Source: a virus (taxonomy: Duplodnaviria; Caudoviricetes). Taken from it: 61,497 nt of DNA. This document shows positions 29,005 to 38,789 of the stretch, one piece after another. The DNA lies in the IMG/VR virus record IMGVR_UViG_3300030104_001836, positions 1 through 61,497 of that record; one strand, 5' to 3'. The position numbers and the translations under genes were made by a program. How positions within the stretch are numbered: the stretch's first letter is position 1; every line of letters starts with the position of its first letter. The notes under the pieces were generated by a model. The model saw only the letters and a program-made list of their open reading frames with translations. It ran no database searches and was not told the origin of the DNA.

Positions 29005-29776
29005 GTACTTGTATAGAAGGTTTTATTACAATTTTTTTGTTTTCTTCTATCTTTTTAAGTCTTTCTTCTTCTTTTTTTGCTTCTTCTTCTAATCGTTGTT
29101 TTTCTGCTTTTTCTTTTTCTAATCTTTCTGCTTCTAATCTAGCTAATTCTTTAGCTTCTTCTTTTAATATTCTTTGATCTATTTTAGCTATAGCTTCTGA
29201 TTTTGCTAAAAACTCTTCATAGTCTGGTCTAAGTTCTGGGTATTTATCCCACATTTCTTGTGCGTTTTTTCCTATTTTACCGTTCCACGGACAAGGAGAA
29301 CCTGCTGATTCCATAGCAGAATGAACACGAGGATCTTGACACAAAATTGACACAGCCGCAACTTTCATACCGTAGTCATATAGTACCTTTGATAGCTTTA
29401 TGCGTTCACAATTTAAATCTCTGACATGTTTTCCCATTGAAGCACCTACACCTAGTGTACTAATACTTCCACTTACACCCATGCTACATACATCTTGACT
29501 CATACTTGAGAAAGATGGAGCATTAGCTGAGTTTACAGGTATGGAACTCCCATTTGAAGTGGTCGAGTTTGATGTCGTGTTTGTCGTGGTTGTGGTATTT
29601 GTTTGCCCATCGTTATTATTAGTCGTTGTTGCTGTATAGCCACCTGTAATTTGCGTATTACTGCCAGAAGTATTTGTTTGGTCATTGTCATCATTTGTTG
29701 AATCTCCATATACTGGTACACTTATACAAAGTATAAAAGTTAATAAAAATGCTAATAGTAAATTATCTTTCATCAT
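28997..29776 (-). CDS. exported Cys-containing protein
   Basis: Signal peptide from MMKDNLLLAF; SANAP..DVC, NCERIKLSK, LCQDPRV..AGSPCP. Confidence 0.7.
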   Translation of the reverse strand: MMKDNLLLAFLLTFILCISVPVYGDSTNDDNDQTNTSGSNTQITGGYTATTTNNNDGQTNTTTTTNTTSNSTTSNGSSIPVNSANAPSFSSMSQDVCSMGVSGSISTLGVGASMGKHVRDLNCERIKLSKVLYDYGMKVAAVSILCQDPRVHSAMESAGSPCPWNGKIGKNAQEMWDKYPELRPDYEEFLAKSEAIAKIDQRILKEEAKELARLEAERLEKEKAEKQRLEEEAKKEEERLKKIEENKKIVIKPSIQVHD

Positions 29777-29798
29777 ATTGATCCGTGTCCTAGTGGCA

Positions 29799-31319
29799 TT
29801 ATCCCTCAAGCGTAGTTACTCTTGCTTCAAGAGATTCTATTTTTGCCATAGCTTCTTGTAATGCTTTAATTGCTTTCATGTAGAGTATAGAATACTTTAC
29901 TTCTTTTTTCTTTTGTCCTGCTGTAAAATTATCTTCACTATCAATACTTCCAAAATCTGAATGTAAAGCAACATCTTCTTTTTCTGGTTTATTTTCTTCA
30001 ACTAAACCATTCATATTAGATGCTTCTAGTTCTTGAGCTATAACTCCAAGATGATAAGGAGTGTTTTCTGCACCATCTCTATTTACATATTTTTTTAATT
30101 TATATTTTCTAATCTTTAATGCTTTAATATCATCCCATTGAGAACTAGCATCATCAATATCTTGTTTAACTCTGCTATCTGAAATTGAGCCATAGTTATT
30201 ATTTGTATTAGCAACATTACCAGAGTCTTTAACTTGGAATACCATTCCACCACCATTACGACCTTGTATTAAAGAAAAACTATTATTACTTGTATCTCTT
30301 GAACACATAAAATTCATAACTGTTGAATCATAGTTTGTGCTTAGTGAATTAAAATGTCCTACTATTGCATTTTGTCCATCTGCTCTACGAACTGCTAAAC
30401 TTGCTTCATTTGTAAAATTAGCAGATGCACCACCAGTACCAAGATTAATGTCTCCATCTGAAAAAAGTCTAAATCTGTCACCGCCAGCAGTGCTAAGTTT
30501 TAACATATTATCACTATGGTTATAATCAATTACACCTGCCGCATTATCTCCACTATCTCCAAATGCAATTCTTCCTATACCATTTGTAGCACTTAAAATA
30601 CTTAATCCTGCGTTTGCACTATTTTCTAAAACTAATTCATCTGCATCGCCACTTACTGATGCACCACTATCGGCAGTCCTAATATGAAGACCTGTTCCTA
30701 AATCTGGAGTTGTGACCATGCCTACTCTATTATTACCACCATCAATAAAAAACATATGTGTATTACCATTAGACTCTACTCTAAAGTCAACATCAGCACT
30801 ACTTTCATTAAATACTTGAGCACCATCTGGGTCTGTACCAAATCCGTTTGCAGTTCCACTATTCGTAATAGTTGCACCAGAATCTATTGTTAAAGTTGAA
30901 CCAGATAAAACATTCATTGCATTTGCTGAGAATTTAAAATCATCTGCACCTGCTATTTTAACATCTATCTGGTCATCTGTACTTGCGTGAAGGCTTGTGT
31001 CACCATCAGCATCTAAAATTAGTTCTGTACCATTTAAGTCTGAGTCTAATGGCCCACCTACTGCACCAGATATTTCTACAATAAATATAGAAGCACCACT
31101 TGCAGGGGCTGTACTAAAAGTTATTTGTGTACCACCCGTAGCTAAAGTATAATCCGTGCCGGGTTTTTGAATAACACCATCATGTGATACTAGAAGCTGT
31201 GCCGGTGAACCAACTTGTGTGCCTAAACTAAATGTGGTGTTAGACCCATTATAGGTGTTGCCACTCGTATCTAAGACACTAAATGTGCCACTCTCTATTG
31301 ATTTTCCTATGTATGCCAT
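29799..31319 (-). CDS. tail fibre with C-terminal S74 autocleaving chaperone
   Basis: ISDSRVKQDI, GVIAQELE, C-terminal coiled coil. Confidence 0.85.
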   Translation of the reverse strand: MAYIGKSIESGTFSVLDTSGNTYNGSNTTFSLGTQVGSPAQLLVSHDGVIQKPGTDYTLATGGTQITFSTAPASGASIFIVEISGAVGGPLDSDLNGTELILDADGDTSLHASTDDQIDVKIAGADDFKFSANAMNVLSGSTLTIDSGATITNSGTANGFGTDPDGAQVFNESSADVDFRVESNGNTHMFFIDGGNNRVGMVTTPDLGTGLHIRTADSGASVSGDADELVLENSANAGLSILSATNGIGRIAFGDSGDNAAGVIDYNHSDNMLKLSTAGGDRFRLFSDGDINLGTGGASANFTNEASLAVRRADGQNAIVGHFNSLSTNYDSTVMNFMCSRDTSNNSFSLIQGRNGGGMVFQVKDSGNVANTNNNYGSISDSRVKQDIDDASSQWDDIKALKIRKYKLKKYVNRDGAENTPYHLGVIAQELEASNMNGLVEENKPEKEDVALHSDFGSIDSEDNFTAGQKKKEVKYSILYMKAIKALQEAMAKIESLEARVTTLEG

Positions 31320-31322
31320 GTT

Positions 31323-31652
31323 TTATTCCTTTGGATTGTCACTACGAACTTTATCGCAATGGTCTTTATAAATTGTTGTGCCATTCTTTTGGTCTTTATA
31401 AATCATTTCCAGTTGATCCTCGAAGGGTAAGTATTCTGTTTGTCTTTTCGCATCTATGGTTGCGGTATTTTCTAAAGTTGTTGCTTGAGAAGATAATGCG
31501 TTTAGTTGTGCATCTGTAGGTTTAGGTTTATCAGAAGTATACCACTCATTAATAGTTTCAACTCCTTTCTCATCCTTTTCAATTTCAACGTCATCTTGTA
31601 AACTTACTTTTCTTCCAAGGTATGCTTCAATTTTATATCTTAAATGTGCCAT
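31323..31652 (-). CDS. XkdW-like tail fibre assembly/chaperone protein
   Basis: KPTDAQL, R..EY...EDQLEMIYKD, VRSDNPK; paralog of 32287..32607. Confidence 0.6.
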   Translation of the reverse strand: MAHLRYKIEAYLGRKVSLQDDVEIEKDEKGVETINEWYTSDKPKPTDAQLNALSSQATTLENTATIDAKRQTEYLPFEDQLEMIYKDQKNGTTIYKDHCDKVRSDNPKE

Positions 31653-31653
31653 T

Positions 31654-32283
31654 TTATAATCCTGCTATTCTAAATCCTATAAAGTTACTACCTTCAATAT
31701 TCTCTCGTCTTACTTGACCTGCACCAGTTGATGTTTCTGCGTGAGCAAATGCTTCTACATAATCATCAGCATCCAAATCTAAAATACATGAAATTTGTTG
31801 GGTCATTGTCCTACCATTATTATTATCTAAATTTGTTCTTTGTTTAGAGGCTGTTGTGCCATTTTTTTTAATTTTTAATCCCGCAATAGTAAGTGTACCT
31901 GCACCCGCATTTGTATCAACATAAGCACTAGCAAAAATAAAATATTTTCCCGCTACACCCGGTGTAAAACGATAATTTGTATCTTTGTCATAACAACCAT
32001 CTGAATCAAAAATTTCTGTTTCATATTGTACTTTAACATCCCCACCACCAGATAAACTTTGGTCTGCACTATCTTTGTAAGCAGAAAATGCAGGAGTATT
32101 TTGTATGTGTTTTATGTCTATTCTCTTTAATGTGCCTGCATCTGATATTATTATTTCATCATCACTTGCGGGCTGTGCTGCTAAAGCTGTCGTGCCTGTA
32201 ATACTACCCACTGCAAAGCCTCCATTAGATGTGCCTACAGTTCCTGTTATCATATTTGCTACGTCTACTTTACTTAGTGCCAT
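31654..32283 (-). CDS. C1q/TNF-like domain fibre-tip protein
   Basis: PAFSAY, YRFTPGVAGKYFI, LDADDYVE. Confidence 0.7.
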   Translation of the reverse strand: MALSKVDVANMITGTVGTSNGGFAVGSITGTTALAAQPASDDEIIISDAGTLKRIDIKHIQNTPAFSAYKDSADQSLSGGGDVKVQYETEIFDSDGCYDKDTNYRFTPGVAGKYFIFASAYVDTNAGAGTLTIAGLKIKKNGTTASKQRTNLDNNNGRTMTQQISCILDLDADDYVEAFAHAETSTGAGQVRRENIEGSNFIGFRIAGL

Positions 32284-32286
32284 GTT

Positions 32287-32607
32287 TTACTCCTTTGGAT
32301 TGTCATCTTTAATTTTTTTGATGCGAGCTTTCCAAGCGTCAATATCCTTATATATCTCATCGAGCTGTTCACCAATATCGCCATAAGCGACTTTACGAGT
32401 ATTTCGTACTACTTGATTTTTTTCTTCTTTATCTGAATCAAAAACATTTAATTGACTGTCGGTTGGTTTTGTTACACCAGAAACATTCCATGTTTTTATG
32501 TAATCACCAGAACCATCATTTTGTAATAAAAATGATTTGTTGTTTATCTCATCTCTCCAAACTTTACCTTTTGATTCTAAATATAATTTTATTTTAGTTG
32601 ATAACAT
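32287..32607 (-). CDS. XkdW-like tail fibre assembly/chaperone protein
   Basis: LQNDGSGDYIKTWN, KPTDSQL, IKDDNPK. Confidence 0.65.
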   Translation of the reverse strand: MLSTKIKLYLESKGKVWRDEINNKSFLLQNDGSGDYIKTWNVSGVTKPTDSQLNVFDSDKEEKNQVVRNTRKVAYGDIGEQLDEIYKDIDAWKARIKKIKDDNPKE

Positions 32608-33228
32608 TTACGACTCCAAACCTGTTAACCTAAGAGCAGAAAACATAGTATTTGTTGCACCCTCTGCTTTTGCTGTCCCAGAACCATCTACATCACAAAT
32701 TCCATACGCTTCAATATAATCATCGCTATCTAAAGTTACTATTGCTTGTAGAGAGGGAGACGCATATCTTCCTGTTGAGTCATGGTCACTGTGATAAGCA
32801 TAATGTATACCAGAACCATTTTTATATAATATACAACCCGCATTAACTAAAGAGCCTGCATTATTAGAATCTAAAAAAACTGTCAAACACACTAAATAAC
32901 GACCCGCTATTGTAGGAGTAAATCTATAATTTGTAGAGTGGTCATACTTTGAATCACTATCAAGAACTTCTGTTGCAAATGCTAATTTAGTTTCAGTGTT
33001 ATCACTTAATGTTTGGTCGCTAGATAAAGTAGCCATAAAAGCAGGTGTATTTGATATATGTTTTATATCTAATCTTTTTAAAGTTCCTGCATCAGATATT
33101 AACACTTCATCATCAGAAGCAGGTTGTGCCGCTAATGCTGTTGTAGCCGTTATAGCAGTAGCGTCTAGATGTTCTTCTGATACTGCATCATCAGCTATTC
33201 CTCCTGCGGGTATTGTTGTTTTACTCAT
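32608..33228 (-). CDS. C1q/TNF-like domain fibre-tip protein
   Basis: PAFMA, YRFTPTIAGRYLV, LDSDDYIE; paralog of 31654..32283. Confidence 0.7.
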   Translation of the reverse strand: MSKTTIPAGGIADDAVSEEHLDATAITATTALAAQPASDDEVLISDAGTLKRLDIKHISNTPAFMATLSSDQTLSDNTETKLAFATEVLDSDSKYDHSTNYRFTPTIAGRYLVCLTVFLDSNNAGSLVNAGCILYKNGSGIHYAYHSDHDSTGRYASPSLQAIVTLDSDDYIEAYGICDVDGSGTAKAEGATNTMFSALRLTGLES

Positions 33229-33231
33229 GTG

Positions 33232-34638
33232 TTACTCCTCTAATGTTGTTATTCTAGCTTCAAGTTCTAAAATAGTTTTAACTAATAATGGAACTAATTT
33301 ACTTTGGTCAATTCCTTGTGCATTTATTTTAGTTGCTTCTTTAACATCTCCAATATTTTTACCTTCCGGTAATTCATCATTAGCAGTGTATAAAACTTCT
33401 GGAACCATAGCATCTTTTTCTCCATAAATAGCTTCTGGCACTACACTAGATACCTCATGAGCAAGAAAACCATCTACTTTATCGCCACTAGGATTTGATT
33501 TCCAATTAAATCTAGCAGGCTTGAGTTGTTTTAATCTTGTTGTTGCATCCCAACTATAATCAACATTTTCTTTTAATCTATAGTCTGAAGAGGTGTTGTA
33601 AGCCGTTGTATGATTTGTAGTATGAACAGTTACTGACCCACATAGTGTTGCATCGCCATCTTTAAAATGAAGAACTGCTTCTTCTCCACTTGTAGCACCA
33701 TGTTGTAGAATACAAGTAGGAGCACCATTACCACCTTTAATTTTTAAAGCTGTAGTGCTTCCTATGCCAATAGCTCCATCGTTAATAGAAACTTCTCCAT
33801 CACTAGCAATACGCATCCTTTCAGATTTAGTACCAATCTTATCATCATTAGTCGCACTACACATAAAAAGAATACGAGTATATGCTTGTAGTCCAAGAAC
33901 ATTTGCACCATGATTATATAAAGCCACATTGTCATTTCCACCAATACTTATAGCACCAATACCACCTGTACTTGCGGCACTTCTAACATTAAGAGGTGCT
34001 GTGTTGGCAACATTACTATCGCCAGAAACAAAATCTGTAGTATCATAAACTTGTAATGTATGTGCTCCACCAGTTGTTCCTATAGCAACACCATCATTAC
34101 CTCCATCAACATGAAGCATATTAGCGTTACCATTAGATTCTACTCTAAAATCTACATCATCAGAATCTTCATTAATAACAACTGCTGTGTCTGTAATAGT
34201 AAGTTGGTCATCATTAGATGATGTTTGGTCATCTATTCCTGCAAACGAAGCCGCAGGTATTAATGCTTTCTTTAATTCACCATCAGTAGCATCTTCTATT
34301 AATACATGGTCATTAGAATTATCTAATGTAACTAATGTTCTAGCAGAAATAGTATCATCTGGTATACCTATTGTGCCCACACTCTTTGCTTGATGAACAA
34401 CATAAATATTGTTTGTGCCGCTAGGAGGAGCACCAGTAAACGTCAGTGTTGTTCCAGATAAAGTGTATGCTGAGTTAGGATCTTGTCTTACGTTACCAAC
34501 AAATACTTCAATGTCTAAAGTTGATGAAGGTGCTACATCTAAAGTAAATGCAGTTGTACTTCCATCACCATTAAACCTCTTACCTTGAAGAGATTGAAAA
34601 GTATTTCTGGTATCAATCGGTGTACCTATAAAAGCCAT
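33232..34638 (-). CDS. tail fibre with C-terminal S74 autocleaving chaperone
   Basis: SSDYRLKENV, GFLAHEV, IDQSKLVPLL. Confidence 0.88.
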   Translation of the reverse strand: MAFIGTPIDTRNTFQSLQGKRFNGDGSTTAFTLDVAPSSTLDIEVFVGNVRQDPNSAYTLSGTTLTFTGAPPSGTNNIYVVHQAKSVGTIGIPDDTISARTLVTLDNSNDHVLIEDATDGELKKALIPAASFAGIDDQTSSNDDQLTITDTAVVINEDSDDVDFRVESNGNANMLHVDGGNDGVAIGTTGGAHTLQVYDTTDFVSGDSNVANTAPLNVRSAASTGGIGAISIGGNDNVALYNHGANVLGLQAYTRILFMCSATNDDKIGTKSERMRIASDGEVSINDGAIGIGSTTALKIKGGNGAPTCILQHGATSGEEAVLHFKDGDATLCGSVTVHTTNHTTAYNTSSDYRLKENVDYSWDATTRLKQLKPARFNWKSNPSGDKVDGFLAHEVSSVVPEAIYGEKDAMVPEVLYTANDELPEGKNIGDVKEATKINAQGIDQSKLVPLLVKTILELEARITTLEE

Positions 34639-34639
34639 T

Positions 34640-34987
34640 TTACGTTATCTCCATTATTGACAAAGCAATGTCAGCCGCACCAGATGCTGTCAGTGACAGT
34701 GTATCTGTTGTTTCCATTACTACTTTATTTCCGCTTAGTAGTTCAAGTGTTCCGCCAACAGGAACCGGTGCATTAGTAACGAGTTCAACTGTTTGGTTTG
34801 CTTCGTTGTTTGCTCCTGCTCTGTTAGAGGTATCTGAACCTAAACTAACTGTAGCAGTGATTTGACCAGTTGTTGTATTACCTACCATAACACCAAGAAC
34901 TACAGTTGTTGTAGAACCTGCTACTGTATAGATAACATCAGCACTGGTTACACCTGCCTTAGTTACTACTTTAAAAGTATTAGCCAT
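34640..34987 (-). CDS. small beta-rich tail structural protein
   Basis: MANTFKVVT..; AGGAGG SD. Confidence 0.7.
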   Translation of the reverse strand: MANTFKVVTKAGVTSADVIYTVAGSTTTVVLGVMVGNTTTGQITATVSLGSDTSNRAGANNEANQTVELVTNAPVPVGGTLELLSGNKVVMETTDTLSLTASGAADIALSIMEIT

Positions 34988-34998
34988 TTATCCTCCTA

Positions 34999-36705
34999 TT
35001 ATCCTAATGCAATTGCAAGAGCAGTTGGGTCTTCACTTGAAAATCCTGCACTTGTTAAGTATGTTTTTACATCAGACAGTGCTACCTGCACCATCGTTCC
35101 ATTATCATTTGTTACTAATCTATCTGCATCTGCTAAAGTAGTAGATGTTGCAGATGTATTACCATCCATAATATTTAATTCTGCGGCAGTTGCCGCTACA
35201 TTTGTACCACCTATGTCTAAGGTAGTTACAGATATTTCTCCTGCAACAGTTGCAACACCATCTGCTAAAGTAATTAAATCTGTGTCATCAGTATGACCAA
35301 TTGTTGTTCCGTTAACAATTACATTATCAACAGTAAGTGTAGTTAGTGTTCCTAAAGAAGTGATATTGGATTGAGCCGCAGTAGTTACTGTAGCCGCAGT
35401 TCCAGATACATTACCAGTTACATTACCAGTTAAAGGCCCTGCAAAAGCATCTGCTGTTACAGTACCATCAAAATATCCATCTTTAAATTCAACACCACTA
35501 CTACCAAGGTCTAAAATATTATCAGCACCCGGTGTTAAAGCACCATCTGTAAGTATTAATTGTTTTTCATTTCCTGCATAAAAGTTAATTGTATTAGCAG
35601 TTTCAAAATCTATTTTTGTTTCATCATCTTCACCAATTTTAATGTCAGTTGCAAGTAAAGATGTAATTGTTGTTTGTGCCGCACCAAGAGCAAAGTCTAA
35701 AGTATTATCGCCATCTTGGTATGTTACAGTAATTCCTGTTTCTGTATTGGAACTTACCATAGCTCCAACAGTATCAGAAATAGTTTCTGCTAATGAAACT
35801 CCTGCTATAGTTATAGCATCAGCTTCTAGTGTACCATCTATGTATGCATCTTTAAATTGTGCAGATGAACTTCCTAAATCTATATTATCGTCTGTAGAAG
35901 GAAGAATAGCACCATCAGTAAATGTAACTTGGTTTTCATTGTTGGCTTTTACTGTAATTACATTTGAACCAGAAAAAGTTATTGATGTATCAGTATCTCC
36001 ATCTCCTGCAATTGAGTCTAATTGTAAAGAACCAACATTAGTAAAGTTTGAATCACTTAGGTCTAAAGTTCCAGTAACATCTAAGTTACCATCTACTGTT
36101 AAATTTCCTGCGGCTGTTACGTTTGCTCCACTAAAAGTTAAAGCAGTAGTTGTTCCAGATTTAATTATTAAATTTCCAGAGGTATTTGTTGCACTACCAA
36201 AAGTAGTACCTGCGTCTTTAAAAAATATATCTCCACCATCAGCATCTAGAATAATGTCTGTTGTTGCATCTACAGTAAAATTACCAGAAGATGTTAAGTG
36301 CGGAGTTCCAAACATACTGTAAACTTCATCACTGCCATCTATGTAGATAACATCTTTCATTCCAGTTGGAATAGTAACAGTAGCTGTGCCATCACCAGAA
36401 GTACAAATTACTGAACTATCTGATCCATTAACAATAAAATAATTTATTTGTTTATCTGGAAAGGTAACTGTTCTTGTTGTGCCGGGAGAACCAGTAAATT
36501 TAATTACTGCGTGTCTTCCATTATTATCTGCTGTTCCATCAGCAAAAGCTAAAGTTACGTTACCAGAGGCAACACTAACTTCTACATATCCACCAATTGC
36601 ATCATCTAACAGATCAATAAGGTTTTCGTTAAGTACGTCACCCCATGTTCCTGTATTTTCTCCATCGGTTTGTTTTACAAAACCTAATTGTGTATAATTA
36701 CTCAT
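34999..36705 (-). CDS. tail fibre (proximal/anchor)
   Basis: GENTGTWG N-terminus, internal repeats, C-terminal ALAIALG. Confidence 0.75.
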   Translation of the reverse strand: MSNYTQLGFVKQTDGENTGTWGDVLNENLIDLLDDAIGGYVEVSVASGNVTLAFADGTADNNGRHAVIKFTGSPGTTRTVTFPDKQINYFIVNGSDSSVICTSGDGTATVTIPTGMKDVIYIDGSDEVYSMFGTPHLTSSGNFTVDATTDIILDADGGDIFFKDAGTTFGSATNTSGNLIIKSGTTTALTFSGANVTAAGNLTVDGNLDVTGTLDLSDSNFTNVGSLQLDSIAGDGDTDTSITFSGSNVITVKANNENQVTFTDGAILPSTDDNIDLGSSSAQFKDAYIDGTLEADAITIAGVSLAETISDTVGAMVSSNTETGITVTYQDGDNTLDFALGAAQTTITSLLATDIKIGEDDETKIDFETANTINFYAGNEKQLILTDGALTPGADNILDLGSSGVEFKDGYFDGTVTADAFAGPLTGNVTGNVSGTAATVTTAAQSNITSLGTLTTLTVDNVIVNGTTIGHTDDTDLITLADGVATVAGEISVTTLDIGGTNVAATAAELNIMDGNTSATSTTLADADRLVTNDNGTMVQVALSDVKTYLTSAGFSSEDPTALAIALG

Positions 36706-37032
36706 TTAATTTGCTATTCCTGTTGTCCATGTTTCTGTTCCTCCAGACGTAGTATTTACTAAAGACCATAATTTTGCTGTTCCTATTGTACTTGTACTAG
36801 AAATACCCGTTATTGTATTTACAGATGCTGTTCCTGTTACATTTTCTGATAAATCAGAAACACTTAATCTTAAATTATCATAACCTACTTGGTTAATAGT
36901 TGCACTACCAGAAGCCTCTTCAGTACCAAGTGCAAGAGTTGCCGCTATACCTGTTTCTGCAAATACAGCACCATCATCCCAACCATTGTCTCCATACGCA
37001 CCTGCGTTATATCCGGCAGTACCCGAAGCCAT
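36706..37032 (-). CDS. structural protein
   Basis: G/T-rich, within the tail module. Confidence 0.6.
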   Translation of the reverse strand: MASGTAGYNAGAYGDNGWDDGAVFAETGIAATLALGTEEASGSATINQVGYDNLRLSVSDLSENVTGTASVNTITGISSTSTIGTAKLWSLVNTTSGGTETWTTGIAN

Positions 37033-37463
37033 TAACTAATCCTAATTAACGCTGTATTATGTGCCGCACTTGGAAACTGTACTTGAAAAGTTCCATTTGA
37101 AGATGAAAAATCAGAACCAAAATCTAATACTGCAATAGATGCATTTGATTTACTATTATTATAAATTAAAGCTCCTCTAGCTGTAATAGTTGCAGATGTA
37201 AAACTTGGGTCAGCCGCATCAAAAAACGCAACATTATTTGAAGAGTCATAGGAAACAGCTTGACTTGAAAGTGTTGCACCTCCTGCCGTGTATCCCGTTC
37301 CACTTACTTCATTAGAAGTTGTGTATGCTGATGTCGTTGCACCTAAAGATGCACTTGATGTGTATAATGCTATCTTTAAAGTGTCACCACTTGTTCCTAA
37401 GTTATGTGCTCCATCTAAACAATCTTGTTTAAATGTATCTGTTAATACTTGTGTTATTGCCAT
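37032..37463 (-). CDS. tail structural protein
   Basis: KIALYTS, NEVSGTGYTAGG, ARGALIYN, VLDFG. Confidence 0.7.
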   Translation of the reverse strand: MAITQVLTDTFKQDCLDGAHNLGTSGDTLKIALYTSSASLGATTSAYTTSNEVSGTGYTAGGATLSSQAVSYDSSNNVAFFDAADPSFTSATITARGALIYNNSKSNASIAVLDFGSDFSSSNGTFQVQFPSAAHNTALIRIS

Positions 37464-37481
37464 TCTATTTTCTCCTTATAT

Positions 37482-38144
37482 TTATGTTGTCATTTCTTTT
37501 AATTGATTTTCACCTGCAATATTAGAAGGAAATTCATAATCATTCCTTCTTCTTCGTCTTGTTTGATTATTTAGTGATTCAACAGCAGATTGATAGCGTT
37601 GCGTATAAATTGCTAAATCTTCTCTGTTTTTACTAAATGTACAAGCCTCCATCAAACAAGCGTAAAGGAGAAGGTCTTGTGCGTTTTGTGTTAACCAGTT
37701 GGTTGTATTTGAACTTGAAAGTTCTGCTAGTCTCCTAGCGTAAGTCATTTCTATTGTGTAAGATGAATCTGGCGTTGGTGCTACTAATATAGCAGTATCA
37801 CTATAATTTGCCCAATATTTAGGAGAACCTGTTGTGCTAGAAGTAGGCCAATAATCATAAATAAATTCATCAGTTCGTTGTTCTAAAAAAATTCTTTTAC
37901 CACTTGAAGTTAACCAAATAAAATGAAAAATAACTTTAGCATCAATTGGTTTGCTTACAAATCTATCACTTGTATTAAATGATGATGTTGCTGATTCGTG
38001 AAAAGCATAAGGTTCAATATCTCTTGATATACGTTGTTCTGCTAAAGAAATAAAATTATCTGTTTCATTAGAAAATTCTGTTCCATCATTTTCCATCCAA
38101 TCTTTAATATCTTGCGTTAAACTTGCATATGTCATTGTTGCCAT
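37482..38144 (-). CDS. head-tail adaptor (T7 gp11-like)
   Basis: FISLAEQRI, APTPD..Y, TNWL..APD-like LLLYACL. Confidence 0.65.
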   Translation of the reverse strand: MATMTYASLTQDIKDWMENDGTEFSNETDNFISLAEQRISRDIEPYAFHESATSSFNTSDRFVSKPIDAKVIFHFIWLTSSGKRIFLEQRTDEFIYDYWPTSSTTGSPKYWANYSDTAILVAPTPDSSYTIEMTYARRLAELSSSNTTNWLTQNAQDLLLYACLMEACTFSKNREDLAIYTQRYQSAVESLNNQTRRRRRNDYEFPSNIAGENQLKEMTT

Positions 38145-38147
38145 ATA

Positions 38148-38597
38148 TTATCCTACATCATCTAGTAATGCCGCTACTACACACGTCACAGTAGATGATG
38201 ACGATATTGCGTGTATATCAGCAACAGTTGTATTTGGTAAATTTGCAAACCAAGAATGACCTGCCTTTATTTTAATTCCATCAGTTACAGAAGTAGAAGC
38301 TGTTCCTGCATCTAAAACAATATAAACATCATTAGAAGAATCAGTATTTTTAATAAATAAAAAATTAACTTTATCTCCTGTAGCAACAGCAGTTGGTGCT
38401 GTATCATCATCTACAGCAGTATAGTCTGTAAAATATCCTGCAATTAAATCTGTACTTGCATTAGAAACACTTGTAAGTTTATAATACCACTTGTCATTAG
38501 CATCAGCAGGACTGATTGTCATACTACCAGAAATAGTTTTAGCTATTTCATCTGGTAATATAGTTGCTGTTAGTGTTACTGTTGCATCATCTGCCAT
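38148..38597 (-). CDS. structural protein
   Basis: 149 aa, T/A/D-rich, beta-like. Confidence 0.65.
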   Translation of the reverse strand: MADDATVTLTATILPDEIAKTISGSMTISPADANDKWYYKLTSVSNASTDLIAGYFTDYTAVDDDTAPTAVATGDKVNFLFIKNTDSSNDVYIVLDAGTASTSVTDGIKIKAGHSWFANLPNTTVADIHAISSSSTVTCVVAALLDDVG

Positions 38598-38737
38598 TAT
38601 TTCTTACCTTCTTTTTTAAGACGTTCTTCTCTTTCTTCGTACTTTTTAACTTCTTCTGCTGACATATTTCTAATATATCCTTTTACAGGATTTTTAATAA
38701 TTGGCATTTTAACTGGTTTAGCTATTGCATCTGCCAT
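38597..38737 (-). CDS. 46-aa protein, not in ORF track
   Basis: MADAIAKPVKMPIIKNPVKGYIRNMSAEEVKKYEEREERLKKEGKK; TAATG coupling. Confidence 0.65.
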   Translation of the reverse strand: MADAIAKPVKMPIIKNPVKGYIRNMSAEEVKKYEEREERLKKEGKK

Positions 38738-38789
38738 TTAATTTTTTCCTATTTTAAATGATAATCCTTTTACAGGAACTACAACGTCT

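Noticed and set aside
29799-34638. Diversity-generating retroelement or invertase-based fibre switching
   Set aside because: No reverse transcriptase, TR/VR pair or recombinase seen
35642-36322. 226-aa plus-strand ORF, and the other plus-strand ORFs within 2222-50515
   Set aside because: Antisense shadows of strongly supported minus-strand genes
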